Shown here in pieces: positions 1-11,403 of a stretch of 64,000 bases of DNA. How positions within the stretch are numbered: position 1 is the first letter of the stretch; every line of letters begins with the position of its first letter. The position numbers were made by a program, and so were the translations under genes. This DNA is from Cyanophora paradoxa CCMP329 (Eukaryota; Plantae; Glaucophyta), in NCBI GenBank assembly GCA_004431415.1, contig QPMI01000059.1:1-64000 (forward strand), in the 5' to 3' direction. Under the pieces are notes generated by a model. That model was not told the DNA's origin. It saw only the letters and a list, made by a program, of their open reading frames with translations, and did no database searches.

Positions 1-142
1 CGTCGCTCGCGGCCGGCCACCTCGCGCGAGGGATCCCGCTAAGGGCTCTGCATGCGGCCTGCGCTACGAGCGAACGGCGGGGATCCCCGCAGCTAAGGCT
101 CGCGGTCGCTGACCGGTACCCTGCCTGCGGCGATGGGCGCAG

Positions 143-2370
143 GCGGAGGACGCGCCCGCGGCCGCAGAGTTTGCGGAGGTCCTCGCGCGCAGGGGACCCG
201 ACTCGCTTCGCTTCGCGGAGCCCGCTGCCGGGCTGACGCTCATCGGAGCGACGCTCCACCTCCGCGGCCCGGCGACGCCGCAGCCGCTCGAGCGCGACGG
301 CAACGCACTCGTGTGGAATGGCGAAGCCTACAGCATCGACGGCCGCGAGCTGCCCGACGGGGCCAACGACACGGCGGTGGGCGCTATGTCGATCGCGCTG
401 GGCTCTGCCGTGGCCTCTGCCCGCCGGCCGCTCACGCGCCTCTGCTCGCGCAGGCGGTCTTCGATATGTTCTGCGCGAGCGAAGGCGCGGAGGGCGTCGC
501 CGACGCGCTGCGGCGCGTCTGGGGGCCTTGGTCCTTCGCCTTCTACCAGGTGACCCAATTTGATCCGCGATTTGATCTCGCCGCGTTATGGCTTTGAACG
601 CGCCGCAGGCGGCCAGCCGCACGCTTTACTTCGGGCGGGACTTTCTCGGTCGTCGCTCGCTCCTCTTTCGCCCCGCCGGCCGCTCCAGCGGCTCCGGAAA
701 CGGCGTACCCCCCTCCGCCGCCTTCCGGGGCCTGCTCCTCTCCAGTACCCCCGTCCGCCCGGACGTGCGCGTGCGTTCCGACGGCGACGGGGACGGCGCG
801 GAGTGGGAGGAGGAGGCCAGCGGGCGGGCGGAGGGGTACGTCGACGTCTCCAAGGCGCGGAGGGGGGTACGGGAGGAGGACATCGGCCGGCGCGAGCGGC
901 GCGCCCGCCAGGCGGAGGGGAGGGGCGGCAAGAGGGTCGAGTTCGGAGGGGAGAAGCCGCAGGGGGGTAGGAGCCGCCCGGCCGAACCCGCCATCGACCC
1001 CTCCCCCACCGAGGGGGGTACCGGCGGCCGCCCCGGCCTCCTCTGGGAAGAGGTGCGCCGTACCCCACCCCCCGCGCACATAAGTACCCCTGAATGGCTA
1101 CCGGCAGCTCCCCACGCACGCCCTTTTTTCGGCGCGGCTTGAGGGGGGTACCTGGATCCTGCGCGAGCACCCCTGGTCCTCCCTCGGGGTACGCGGCTCC
1201 CGCCCCTTTCTTCCATCCGCCCCGCTGATCCCCGTACCCCCGCCCGCCCGCAGCACCCCCTCATCGACGCTTTCTCCCTACCCCCTTGCGCCCCTCCAGT
1301 ACCCCCCTCCGAGCTGCCAGCGGAGCTCCTTTCCCGCCTCGAATCATCCGTATCCCGCCGCGTCCGCTGCGTACCTCCTCCCCAGCGTGCGCCGTACCCC
1401 TCCCCCTTTCCCGTACCCCAATTTTGAAATCCGGTATCGCCGCAGGCCCGGGCGACGCGCGGGTCGCTGTGCTCTTCTCCGGGGGTATAGACAGCATGGT
1501 CGTACGCTCGTCGCTTTCGCTGTACCCCCGGATTAATCCCCCCGCGCCTCGGCCGACATGCGTGTTCCATCCGCAGCTGGCCGCCCTCGCGAGCCGGCAT
1601 CTACCCCCCGACGAGCCTATTGACCTGCTGAACGTTCGCCTGGGCCTACCCCCTTCCGTTCCTCTCTGCTTCTTGTTCTGATCCTCGGGGGGTACAGGTC
1701 GCGTTCGGCGAGCGGCCCCACGCGGCTCCGGATCGGATCACGGCTGTCAACGGCCTCTCGGAGCTGCGGTACCCCCGGCCCCCAGCCGACGCCCCCTTCC
1801 ATTCGATGACGTACCCCCCCTCGCCGCAGATCGCTGTGCCCTGGGCGGCAGTGGCGCCTCGTGCTCATTGACGCGCGGGCCGAGGAGATCGTACCCCACA
1901 AGGCTCGTCCGCCCGCCCCCATCCCGTACCCCCCCCCCTCACGAAGCCATCTGATTCCTGTACCCCCCCCCCTCAGGACCGAATTTACAGCCTCATGCAC
2001 CCGGCCTCCTCCGTCCTCGATTTCAGCATAGGGACCGCCCTCTGGTTCGCGTCCTCCGCAAAAGGTGAGAAGACAGAACAGACGAACGAAGGATCAATTT
2101 GAAAGGGGGGTACGCGCTTCGCGCAGGGCACTTGTACGAGGAGGAGGGGGACCGGAACATTGCCTCCCGCCACGCGCGCTACGCCGAAGTACCCCCCGAG
2201 GCGGCTGCGGCGCTGGGCAGGGTACGCATTTCTCCTCCCTCCCTCCCCGCCCCCCTTACCCCCCGCAACGCTTTCGAAGGAGGAGGAAGACAAGCCTGAG
2301 GGGGAGGAGAAGGAGGAGGAAGGGGGGGGAGAAGGGCCTGCCAAGGCCGGGAAGTGCCCCGCGGTGCGTA

Positions 2371-2401
<31 letters not shown>

Positions 2402-4216
2402 TCCTCCTACGTCCTAGCCTTGCCCCCGCCGCCAAAGTCTTCCCTTCGCTTCCTCCTTTTAAGTCTCGCCCAGTCTTTGCCTTACCGTCCCTGGCCCGCG
2501 CTCCTAGCCTAGCCAGCGCGCGCGGCCTGGCCTCTTATCTTCCTCCTCCTCCTCCTCCTCCTCCTTAGCCCGGCTCGCGCCAGTGCGGTACCTCCTAAGT
2601 TTTAAAAGCCCCTCTCCTAAGCCCGGCGTACCCCCATCTCCTCCTAAGTTTTAAAAGCCTCGCTCTAGCCTCGCTCTAGCCTCGCGGCCTCGCGGCCTTG
2701 CCACTGCCTCTCTGGAGCGCGCCTGACGCGGGGCGGGCGGGCGGGCGGGCGGGCGGCAGTGCCGGTCGTGGACGGCGAAGGCGGCGTGCGGGTGGGGCCT
2801 CTGCCGCTTCTGCTGCGACAAGGCCGCCAACGTCTGCAAGGCGCGCGCGCGCGCCCGCGAGGAGAGGGGCGGGGCGGGGCGGGGCGGGGGCGCGATTCTA
2901 GGTGCATGCGCGCGGCCCTGACTTCGGGTGCGGCCGGGGTACAGGCGCACAGGACGAAGGGGTACATGGCGCAGCGGGCGGAGGCGCACGCCGAGTGGCT
3001 CCGCCAGAAGTACGCCGACCTCTACGGTGCGGTACCCCCATCCCCTTCCCCCCCCCTTCCTCCTCCCTCCCTAACCCTCCCCCCACAGCCGAGGAGATCG
3101 GGCGCGGCGCGCCTTACGCGAGCGCCGCGCGGGTGCTGCTCTCCGGCCTCGGCGCGGACGAGCAGCTCGCGGGGTGCGCCTCTGTCACCTAAAACTCTTT
3201 GTACTAGAGCGCTAGCTTGCTGGGATCTAGATATCTGGATTTATCTCGATGATCTGGACCTAGCTATAGGACCCCTCGTTGCAGACGAGCGGCGCTCAGG
3301 GTGCGCCCCTGAGATCTAGATATCTAAATATATGTAGACCTAAATATCTAAATCTATCTAAATATCTGGGCCTAGCTGTAGAACGCCTCGGCGCAGACGA
3401 GCGGCTTTTCCCTCCCCAGGTCTCACGCCCGGGGCGCGCAGGTACCGGCGGCACCGGGTGCGGCACGGGCGGGAGGGCCCCTCCGGCGTCATGCGGTGCG
3501 CCGCCAGCTTGCTCTCCTCCCCCCTCCCCCTCTTCCCTCCCCCCCCCCCACCTTCGTTCGCAGGGAGCTGGGGGAGGAGGTGCGGCGGCTGTGGCGGCGC
3601 AACCTCGGCCGCGACGACCGCATGGCATCCGACTGGGGCCGCGAGGTGCGCGCGCTCGAGCCGGGCCGTGGGCACCTTAAGATAGATAGATAGATAGATA
3701 GCCTTAAGATAGGACCGAGGACACCTTAAGAAAGATAGATAGATAGCCTTAAGATAGGACCGAGGACACCTTAAGAAAGATAGATAGATAGCCTAAGATA
3801 GGACCGAGGACACCTTAAGAAAGATAGATAGATAGCCTTAAGATAGGACCGAGGACACCTTAAGAAAGATAGATAGATAGCCGCGAGGTCCGCGCGCGAG
3901 GGCCCGACCTCAACATTCGATAGAAATGGAGGCGGCCGTACCCGTCCGCCGCTCACCCGCGCCGCCCCGCGCCCCTCCTCTCGTTCAGCTGCAAAGCGGC
4001 CGCGCAAAGCGGCGCCCCGATAGATGCATACATACTCGAACAGAACGTACTCGATCGAGACTAGGCCGTGGCCACCAGACCCCTCGGCGGCCGCCTCTCA
4101 TGATCACCCGCGCCGCCCCGCGCGTCCTTACACCCTCTCTTCCTCTCAGCTTCGGACGCCATTCCTGGACGACGAGCTGGTGGCCTGGCTCGCCCCGCTA
4201 CCCCTCTCCTGGTCCG

Positions 4217-4248
<32 letters not shown>

Positions 4249-4810
4249 CTGGCCCCGAGTCCTTCTTCTGTTCTAGAAGGGCGTCTAGATAAAACTCGTC
4301 CCTACGGCCCTGCACACTGGCCCAGTCTGGTGCAGTACTCTAGATTTGAGTATAACACGCGCGCGTACCCGCAGCCGAGCCGACCTATCTCTACCCCCCG
4401 GGGTGGGCGACAAGCTCCTCCTGCGCCAGGTGCGCGTACCCCCCTCCTCCTCTTCCCCCCCCTTCCGTATTCTTATACCCCGGCAGGCGGCGAGGCTGCT
4501 GGGGCTGGGCCCCTCCGCCGGACTCGTCAAGCGCGCCATTCAGTTTGGGTCCCGCGCCGCCCGCCAGGTACCCCCCTCGAGCTCTCTTTCTCGTACCCCT
4601 CCCCTCGAATCTGAAACCGTACCCCCCTCCCCGCCAGTTCCACGCGCACGTGAAGCACGCGGACCGTACCCTCGTCTTCGAGTCGGGGCCGGCGGTGCCC
4701 CCCTCCGGTTCTTTCCCTGTAGCTTCCGCCCCCTCCGCCGCCGGCCCCTCTGCCCTCGCCTCGGCGTGAGATTAGTGCGCATGCTGCAGGCCGAGGACAT
4801 CCCAGATTGA
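143..4810 (+). CDS. ASNSD1: Asparagine synthetase domain-containing protein (ASNSD1/YML096W-like), multi-exon; true start not visible, probably upstream of the window; last exon uncertain (stop at 4769 or 4810)
   Basis: Spliced exons give family motifs in the expected order: LARRGPDS, LHLRG, LVWNGEAY, GPWSFAFYQ, LYFGRDFLGRRSLL, VAVLFSGGIDS, IDLLNV, APDRITA, DFSIGTALWFA, ARVLLSGLGADEQLAG, RLWRRNLGRDDR, RTPFLD, GDKLLLR, KRAIQFGSR. Introns are GT..AG with C-rich interiors. Confidence 0.88.
3673..3880. repeat. Intronic minisatellite, ~45-bp unit, about 4.5 copies, containing (GATA)n
   Basis: The unit CCTTAAGATAGGACCGAGGACACCTTAAGAAAGATAGATAGATAG is repeated head to tail inside an ASNSD1 intron. 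Confidence 0.9.
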
Positions 4811-5206
4811 GATTCTGAGATCTAGACTGTAGAGCCGCCAGCTACTCCGCCGTTTTGTTTGGATCCGTTCTAAAGCCGATCCGCCGATCCCGGGTCCGTT
4901 TCATGCCAGCCGCGGCGCCTGACGTCCGATCCGGATCCGACGGTCGACATGCTGTTCTGTGCTCGAGCTTTGATTGAGGCCTGCGCGCGTGCGCACCGAC
5001 GTATACGTAAAATCGTCATTTTTAATTAAACGTACACGTAAACGCTGGCCGCGCACGCTAGCGCTGGCGCCGCATGCGCACGACCGCGAGGGGGTACATG
5101 TACAACGGGATCGTCAGTCTGCAAACTTCGCGAGGCTCAGCGGCTGCAGCTAGCTGCATCGTTCGCTAGGCCTCTCGTCCAGCGACGAGCGACTCGGCGG
5201 TTCTCG

Positions 5207-7388
5207 ATGGGTCGCGACCAGCAGCTGCAGGGAGAACAGCGGAAGCCCGCGCCGTCCGAGAGGCCCTCGAGCGATGCAAGCGGTCTGTCGGGCTCTTCTG
5301 CAGCTGCGGATGTGACGGGGAGCGACGCGCGCGCCGAGAACCCGTTCGACCAGCTGCCGGACTGTCTAGTGCAGCGGATCCTTGGCGAGCTGGAGGCCAC
5401 GGAGGCCTTCGAGACGAGCGAGCTGCACGCCATCGATCGGCGGTTCCGGCGGCTCGTCTGCGGCGTCCATTGGAAGGAGCTGCGCATCGGGTCAGCTGCA
5501 GACCCGCAGCTGGCTGCGGCCGCGGTCGACCAGCAGTTCGAGCAGCTCGCGAGGAGAGCAATTGATCGCCTTCAGCGCGGCGCGCTTCTCGGCGCTGCGC
5601 GAGTGGTGGTTGGCACTCTAGATCTGTGCGGGGGCGCCGGCCGCGGCGCCAGGGGCGAGCAGGCGTATGTGTACACTGCAGACGAAATCGAAGCCTGCCG
5701 TAAAGCCGTATATGCGTTGACGAGTGAGTCCTCGAGATTCGCTCTTCTGTCGAGCTCTTCTAAACTTCGCGCTCGTTTCGCAGAGCTGCTCGGCGCCCTT
5801 GCGACAGGGCCCGTGCCGCTGGAGGAGGTCGTGTTCGACTCTTTTGTTATCAGAAGCTGGCCTGATCATGCCGTTGAAGAGGAGGAAGCGATCGCTTCCC
5901 GGCGCTTGTCGCTGGAGAGCGTCGCGCAGTCCTTTTTGGTAGCCCTCAGCCCGGCCGCCGCTCTGCGATCGCTCGTCTGCTCGGGCTACGGCGAGCCGAT
6001 CGGAAGATCGATTGCAGCGACAGCGGGCGCCCTCTCAGGGGCCGCGCCTCCTTCGCTCCGTTCTCTTGTACTGGAGGACGTCGACCTCTCCCGTGACGAC
6101 GTGGTGCGCTTCAATTTGATCGCGGCGTCATCGCGCTCAGTCTGACCTAGCTATATATGACTTCATGACATGCTCTGACATGCAGGCTCTGACATGACTT
6201 CGTGCGCAGGGCGCTCTCCAAAGAGCCTGGCCCGCTCTGCAGAGGTTCCGCTTCGGATCGCCAACCGAACCCGAAGCTATGCTTCAGCTCGCGGGATTCC
6301 AAGATCTACGCGAACTTGAAGCGAATTTCTCCGAAATTGAAGAGGGCGAAATTGATGGCGCGCTGTGCTTCATCGCATCATCCCCGTGCGCTCTTCGCCT
6401 CCGTGTGCTCGATCTGGGATCCCCTTCCGTGGGACCGGACGGACTGAGCGCGATGCTGCGCCTGCGCGCCCTCGAGCGGGTATCGATAGCCGTGCGCCTC
6501 TCGCGATCGTTCTCTGATCTGGTTCTGATTTTATGATCATGATGAGCCGGATCTAATTATAAGCATCGTCTGCAGGTCGATCACAAGTCGGCGGGCGTCA
6601 TCGGCGGCTTGGCCGACCTACCCGAGCTTCGCTGCCTTAAGCTTATGCTCGACACTCATGTGCCCTTACTTTCGGATTCTATCGACATGTATATATTTGA
6701 AACGTTGATGATCATATCGATACATCTTAATATGCACTTAAATCGTTGAATCTCTTTTGTTTTCTCATTTATACCTGATACAGGTCGACGGCGTACCGGA
6801 CGACGGCTCTGGCATCCCCCGCGCGGCCGCAGCTGCGATTCAGCAGTGCAGGCGACTGGAGCGGTCTGAGATCAGCAGCCTGCAGAGTGTCGACCCGGCA
6901 GAGGCTGCCGCGCTCGTTCGCGCGGCACGCCCGTCGCTTGCGATTCTAGATCTGTACGTTTATGGAGAGAACTCGGCTGCTACGTCTGATTTCATTGCGG
7001 TGCGATTGCTTTTCATTCGCATGCCTCTAAATGCCCATAGCTACATGTACATGTCTCGCCCGCAATGTAAATTGACCGCACGGCGCCTGCACCTGCGCAG
7101 GAGGTCGCGCGGGGCGCGCCTCGTCTCGAGAAAGCCTCCGTCCACCACAGCATCGATGGCGATGGACTGCAAGGCGCTGGAATACCGGCACTAGCGCCCC
7201 TTCTGCGGCTCCGCGGCTGCACGCCGCAGGGCCGGCCCGGGCTTTCTATCACGTTCGCCGTTGTCCCAGGGTGGTCGCCGGTCTCCGACCTGGCGAGGAA
7301 CGTCATCGGGGGCTGGTTCTTCAACGAGACCGAGGGTCCCGTCAAGGTTCAAGTAGGTCCAATTACTCGAGAAATTTGTATTTATTGA
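5207..7388 (+). CDS. F-box protein with C-terminal LRR-like repeats, multi-exon
   Basis: F-box-like PFDQLPDCLVQRILGEL...LHAIDRRFRRLV. Later exons carry LxxLxL patterns (LRSLVLEDVDL, LRELEANF, LRVLDLG, LPELRCLKL). Last exon reads ..GGWFFNETEGPVKVQVGPITREICIY then TGA at 7386-7388. Confidence 0.72.
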
Positions 7389-7619
7389 GTATCATGTGCT
7401 ATGATATTTTATGGGATTAATACAGCCGGGTGTATACCGTTGTAAAAGCAGAACGTTGAATAGCAGTCAATCGATATCCCTCCCCTCCCCTCCCCCCCCT
7501 CCCCGGCACCCTCCTCCGAGGCTCCCCCTTCCCGCCTCCATCCCTTCCCGGCATATATAATCATTGATCACGTTGCACACCGCTGCTTGGCCGTCCTGCG
7601 CATGCCACCTAGCTAGCTA

Positions 7620-8295
7620 GCACTTGGGGGCCCGCCCCCGGCCCCTCCGCCCGGGCTTCCTCCCCCTTCGAACCGGGCGAGCCACGCGGCCCTGACCTGC
7701 CCCCGGCCCCGAAGATCAGATGAGCGGGCCCGGGGGGGGGGGTACGCAAACAGCTCCCCGCACCTGCTCCCGCACCGCCGCTGGGTTCTCGTCGGCCTGC
7801 GCGGGGGAGAGTATAGGGGGGAAAACCAGCTGCAGGGGGGTAGAGCGCAAGCAAGGGGGTACCTGCTTCGCGGAGCTTCAAGGCTTCTTGGGCGCTGCGC
7901 CCTTGCGCTTCGCCGCGCCCTCGCGCGGGGCCGCGGGCGAGGCGGGGGCCGCGGGCGAGGCGGGGGCCGCGGGCGGCGCCGATGCCGGGCGGGGTGCAGA
8001 AGAGGATGCCGCCGCTGTCGCCGCCGCCGCCGCCGCCGCTGTCGCCCCTCCGCCGCCGCTGCTGGGCGCTCCTGCGGCTTCTGCCTCGCCCTCCCCCTTC
8101 CGCTTCTTCCCCTTCCGAAGTTCCCTCCAGCTCTGCGGGGGGTACCGGGTTGAGGAAGGCTTCGCGTACCTGCGGGGGGTACCGGGTTGAGGAAGGCTTC
8201 GCGTGATCTCGTACCCCCTTGAGGCTTCGCGTACCCGCCGCCTGGGTGCGGAAGATCGCCTGCTTGTCCCGGAGAGGAAGATCATGACCCATGTC
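7620..8295 (-). pseudogene. Truncated, diverged copy of the 3' exons and introns of the FN3 gene at 27.9-28.5 kb
   Basis: Shares DKQAIFRxQAAG, VPPAELE, PAAPREGAAKRKGAAPKK and intron sequence with 27890-28510. It lacks the 5' exons and has an internal duplication at 8135-8205. Confidence 0.75.
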
Positions 8296-8392
8296 CTTCG
8301 TTAGATCTGGCGTTAGATCTAGAATAGATCTAGATCTAGATCTGGCGTTAGATCTAGAATAGAAGGGAAGAGATCTAGAATAGAAGGGAAGA

Positions 8393-8550
8393 GATCTGGC
8401 GCGAAGTGTCATAGGGGGCTGGTTCCTCAACGAACCCCAGGGCCCCCTCAAGGTTCAAGTATAAGCACGTGGCTCCAATATTCATTACTTGTGAATTCGG
8501 TTTTTTTTCATTGAGTATCGTGGGCCATCGTACTTGATGAGATTAATATT
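8393..8550 (+). pseudogene. Isolated duplicate of the last codons and 3' UTR of the F-box/LRR gene
   Basis: GATCTGGCGCGAAGTGTCATAGGGGGCTGGTTCCTCAACGAACCCCAGGGCCCCCTCAAGGTTCAAGTA matches 7287-7355 (DLARxVIGGWFxNExxGPxKVQV). The downstream ATTGAGTATC and GATTAATA words also match. Confidence 0.75.
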
Positions 8551-8649
8551 GCATCGAGCTCGAGTTCTTCGGCTACATTAAAATTACATAAGTAGCGGTA
8601 TTCGTAACTGAGTGGTCCCACTACTCCCCCCCCCCCCCCCCCCCACAGG

Positions 8650-9350
8650 CTGGCCCCTCGCTAGCCTACGGCCCCCCCCCACCGGCCCCTCCGTCCGGCC
8701 GGGCTTCCTCCCCCCTCGAACCGCGCAAGCCACGCGGCCCGGACCTGTCCCCAAAATTAGGTGGGCCCCCGGGCGACTCCGAGCGGGGTACACATAAACA
8801 GCTCCCCGCACCTGCTCCCGCACAGCCGCTGGGTTAACGTTCGCGTCGGCCTGTGCGGGGGAGAGGAGGGTCAGATGGCTGAAATAGAAAACCAGGGCGG
8901 TAGAGACTCTGAGAGCAAGCTTGGGGGGTACCTGTTTTGCGGCGAGCTTCTTGGGCGCTGCGTCCTTGCGCTTCGCCGCGCCCTCGCGCGGGGCCGCGGG
9001 CGAGGCGGGGCCCGCGGGCAGAGCCGGCGCCATCGCCGGCTCCGCCGGACCGGGCAGGGTGCATAAAATTAAAGGGGTCTAGCGCTGCCACTGTCGCCGC
9101 TGCTGCTGCAAAGCTGGACGCTCCTGCGGCTTCTGCGGCCTCTGCCTCCCCCTCGAGCTCGAGCTCCCCCTTCCGCTTCTTCCCCTTCTTGTTTTCCAAG
9201 TTCCCTCCAGCTCTAGATCTGCAGGCGGGACCGGGTCGCGTCGGGGCGCGATCTCGTCCCCCATTGACGTTTTGCCTACCCGCCGCCTGTGTGCGGAAGA
9301 TCGCCTGCTTGTCCCGGATCCGGAGTCCTCCTAATTATGACCCATGTCGA
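8650..9350 (-). pseudogene. Second truncated copy of the FN3 gene 3' region
   Basis: Carries PAAPREGAAKRKDAAPKKLAAKQ, ADANVNPAAVREQ, KKGKKRKGE and the same introns as 27890-28510. Confidence 0.75.
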
Positions 9351-11403
9351 CGTCCTTCGAATTCGACGTTAGATCTAGAATATTAATAGGAGGGAAGAGA
9401 GAGGATCGAGGGGGATCGCTTTAAAATTGCTTCGAGCTCGAGGGCCTAGCTCTTTTTCGAGGGCCCTGCATTGATTCTAGCTATATAGCTCGCCCTTTTT
9501 GCGAAATTAAATTGCCCTTTCGCGAATTAATTCTCAGGATCCTCGAGCTCTTCTTCGAATCCAGCTTCGAATTTGGCGCGAAAACGCGTACGCGATCGAC
9601 ATTGACCGCGCGATGCCGCCGAGGAAGCGCGTGCACAAGCAAGCGAATTCGAAGCAGTTGCAGACGACGGAGGCCATCGCGAATGCGGCGACGAACCTTC
9701 CAGGTCTAGAAGCGCTGGCGAATCTTGACCTCGAGCAGCTGCCCGGTGCGTGCGTGCGCGCTTGCCTGTACATGTGCCACGAAATTGACACGAAACTCGC
9801 AGATGACGTTCTTCTCGCCGTTTACCGCGGTGTAGTGCGAACGGAAGGCGTCTGCGGGCTCGTCCGCTCCCTTGGAGCCGCTTCTCGACGCCTTCGGCAT
9901 CTCTGTTGGCAGCCTGAGTTCTTCGAGGAGCCCGAGCTCGCGATCGGGGTGCGGAGTCCTCCTAATTATGACCCATGTCGACGTCCTTCGAATTCGACGT
10001 TAGATCTAGAATATTAATAGGAGGGAAGAGAGAGGATCGAGGGGGATCGCTTTAAAATTGCTTCGAGCTCGAGGGCCTAGCTCTTTTTCGAGGGCCCTGC
10101 ATTGATTCTAGCTATATAGCTCGCCCTTTTTGCGAAATTACATTGCCCTTTCGCGAATTAATTCTCAGGATCCTCGAGCTCTTCTTCGAATCCAGCTTCG
10201 AATTTGGCGCGAAAACGCGTACGCGATCGACATTGACCGCGCGATGCCGCCGAGGAAGCGCGTGCACAAGCAAGCGAATTCGAAGCAGTTGCAGACGACG
10301 GAGGCCATCGCGAATGCGGCGACGAACCTTCCAGGTCTAGAAGCGCTGGCGAATCTTGACCTCGAGCAGCTGCCCGGTGCGTGCGTGCGCGCTTGCCTGT
10401 ACATGTGCCACGAAATTGACACGAAACTCGCAGATGACGTTCTTCTCGCCGTTTACCGCGGTGTAGTGCGAACGGAAGGCGTCTGCGGGCTCGTCCGCTC
10501 CCTTGGAGCCGCTTCTCGACGCCTTCGGCATCTCTGTTGGCAGCCTGAGTTCTTCGAGGAGCCCGAGCTCGCGATCGGGGTGCGGAGTCCTCCTAATTAT
10601 GACCCATGTCGACGTCCTTCGAATTCGACGTTAGATCTAGAATATTAATAGGAGGGAAGAGAGAGGATCGAGGGGATCGCTTTAAAATTGCTTCGAGCTC
10701 GAGGGCCTAGCTCTTTTTCGAGGGCCCTGCATTGATTCTAGCTATATAGCTCGCCCTTTTTGCGAAATTAAATTGCCCTTTCGCGAATTAATTCTCAGGA
10801 TCCTCGAGCTCTTCTTCGAATCCAGCTTCGAATTTGGCGCGAAAACGCGTACGCGATCGACATTGACCGCGCGATGCCGCCGAGGAAGCGCGTGCACAAG
10901 CAAGCGAATTCGAAGCAGTTGCAGACGACGGAGGCCATCGCGAATGCGGCGACGAACCTTCCAGGTCTAGAAGCGCTGGCGAATCTTGACCTCGAGCAGC
11001 TGCCCGGTGCGTGCGTGCGCGCTTGCCTGTACATGTGCCACGAAATTGACACGAAACTCGCAGATGACGTTCTTCTCGCCGTTTACCGCGGTGTAGTGCG
11101 AACGGAAGGCGTCTGCGGGCTCGTCCGCTCCCTTGGAGCCGCTTCTCGACGCCTTCGGCATCTCTGTTGGCAGCCTGAGTTCTTCGAGGAGCCCGAGCTC
11201 GCGATCGGGGTGCGGAGTCCTCCTAATTATGACCCATGTCGACGTCCTTCGAATTCGACGTTAGATCTAGAATATTAATAGGAGGGAAGAGAGAGGATCG
11301 AGGGGGATCGCTTTAAAATTGCTTCGAGCTCGAGGGCCTAGCTCTTTTTCGAGGGCCCTGCATTGATTCTAGCTATATAGCTCGCCCTTTTTGCGAAATT
11401 AAA

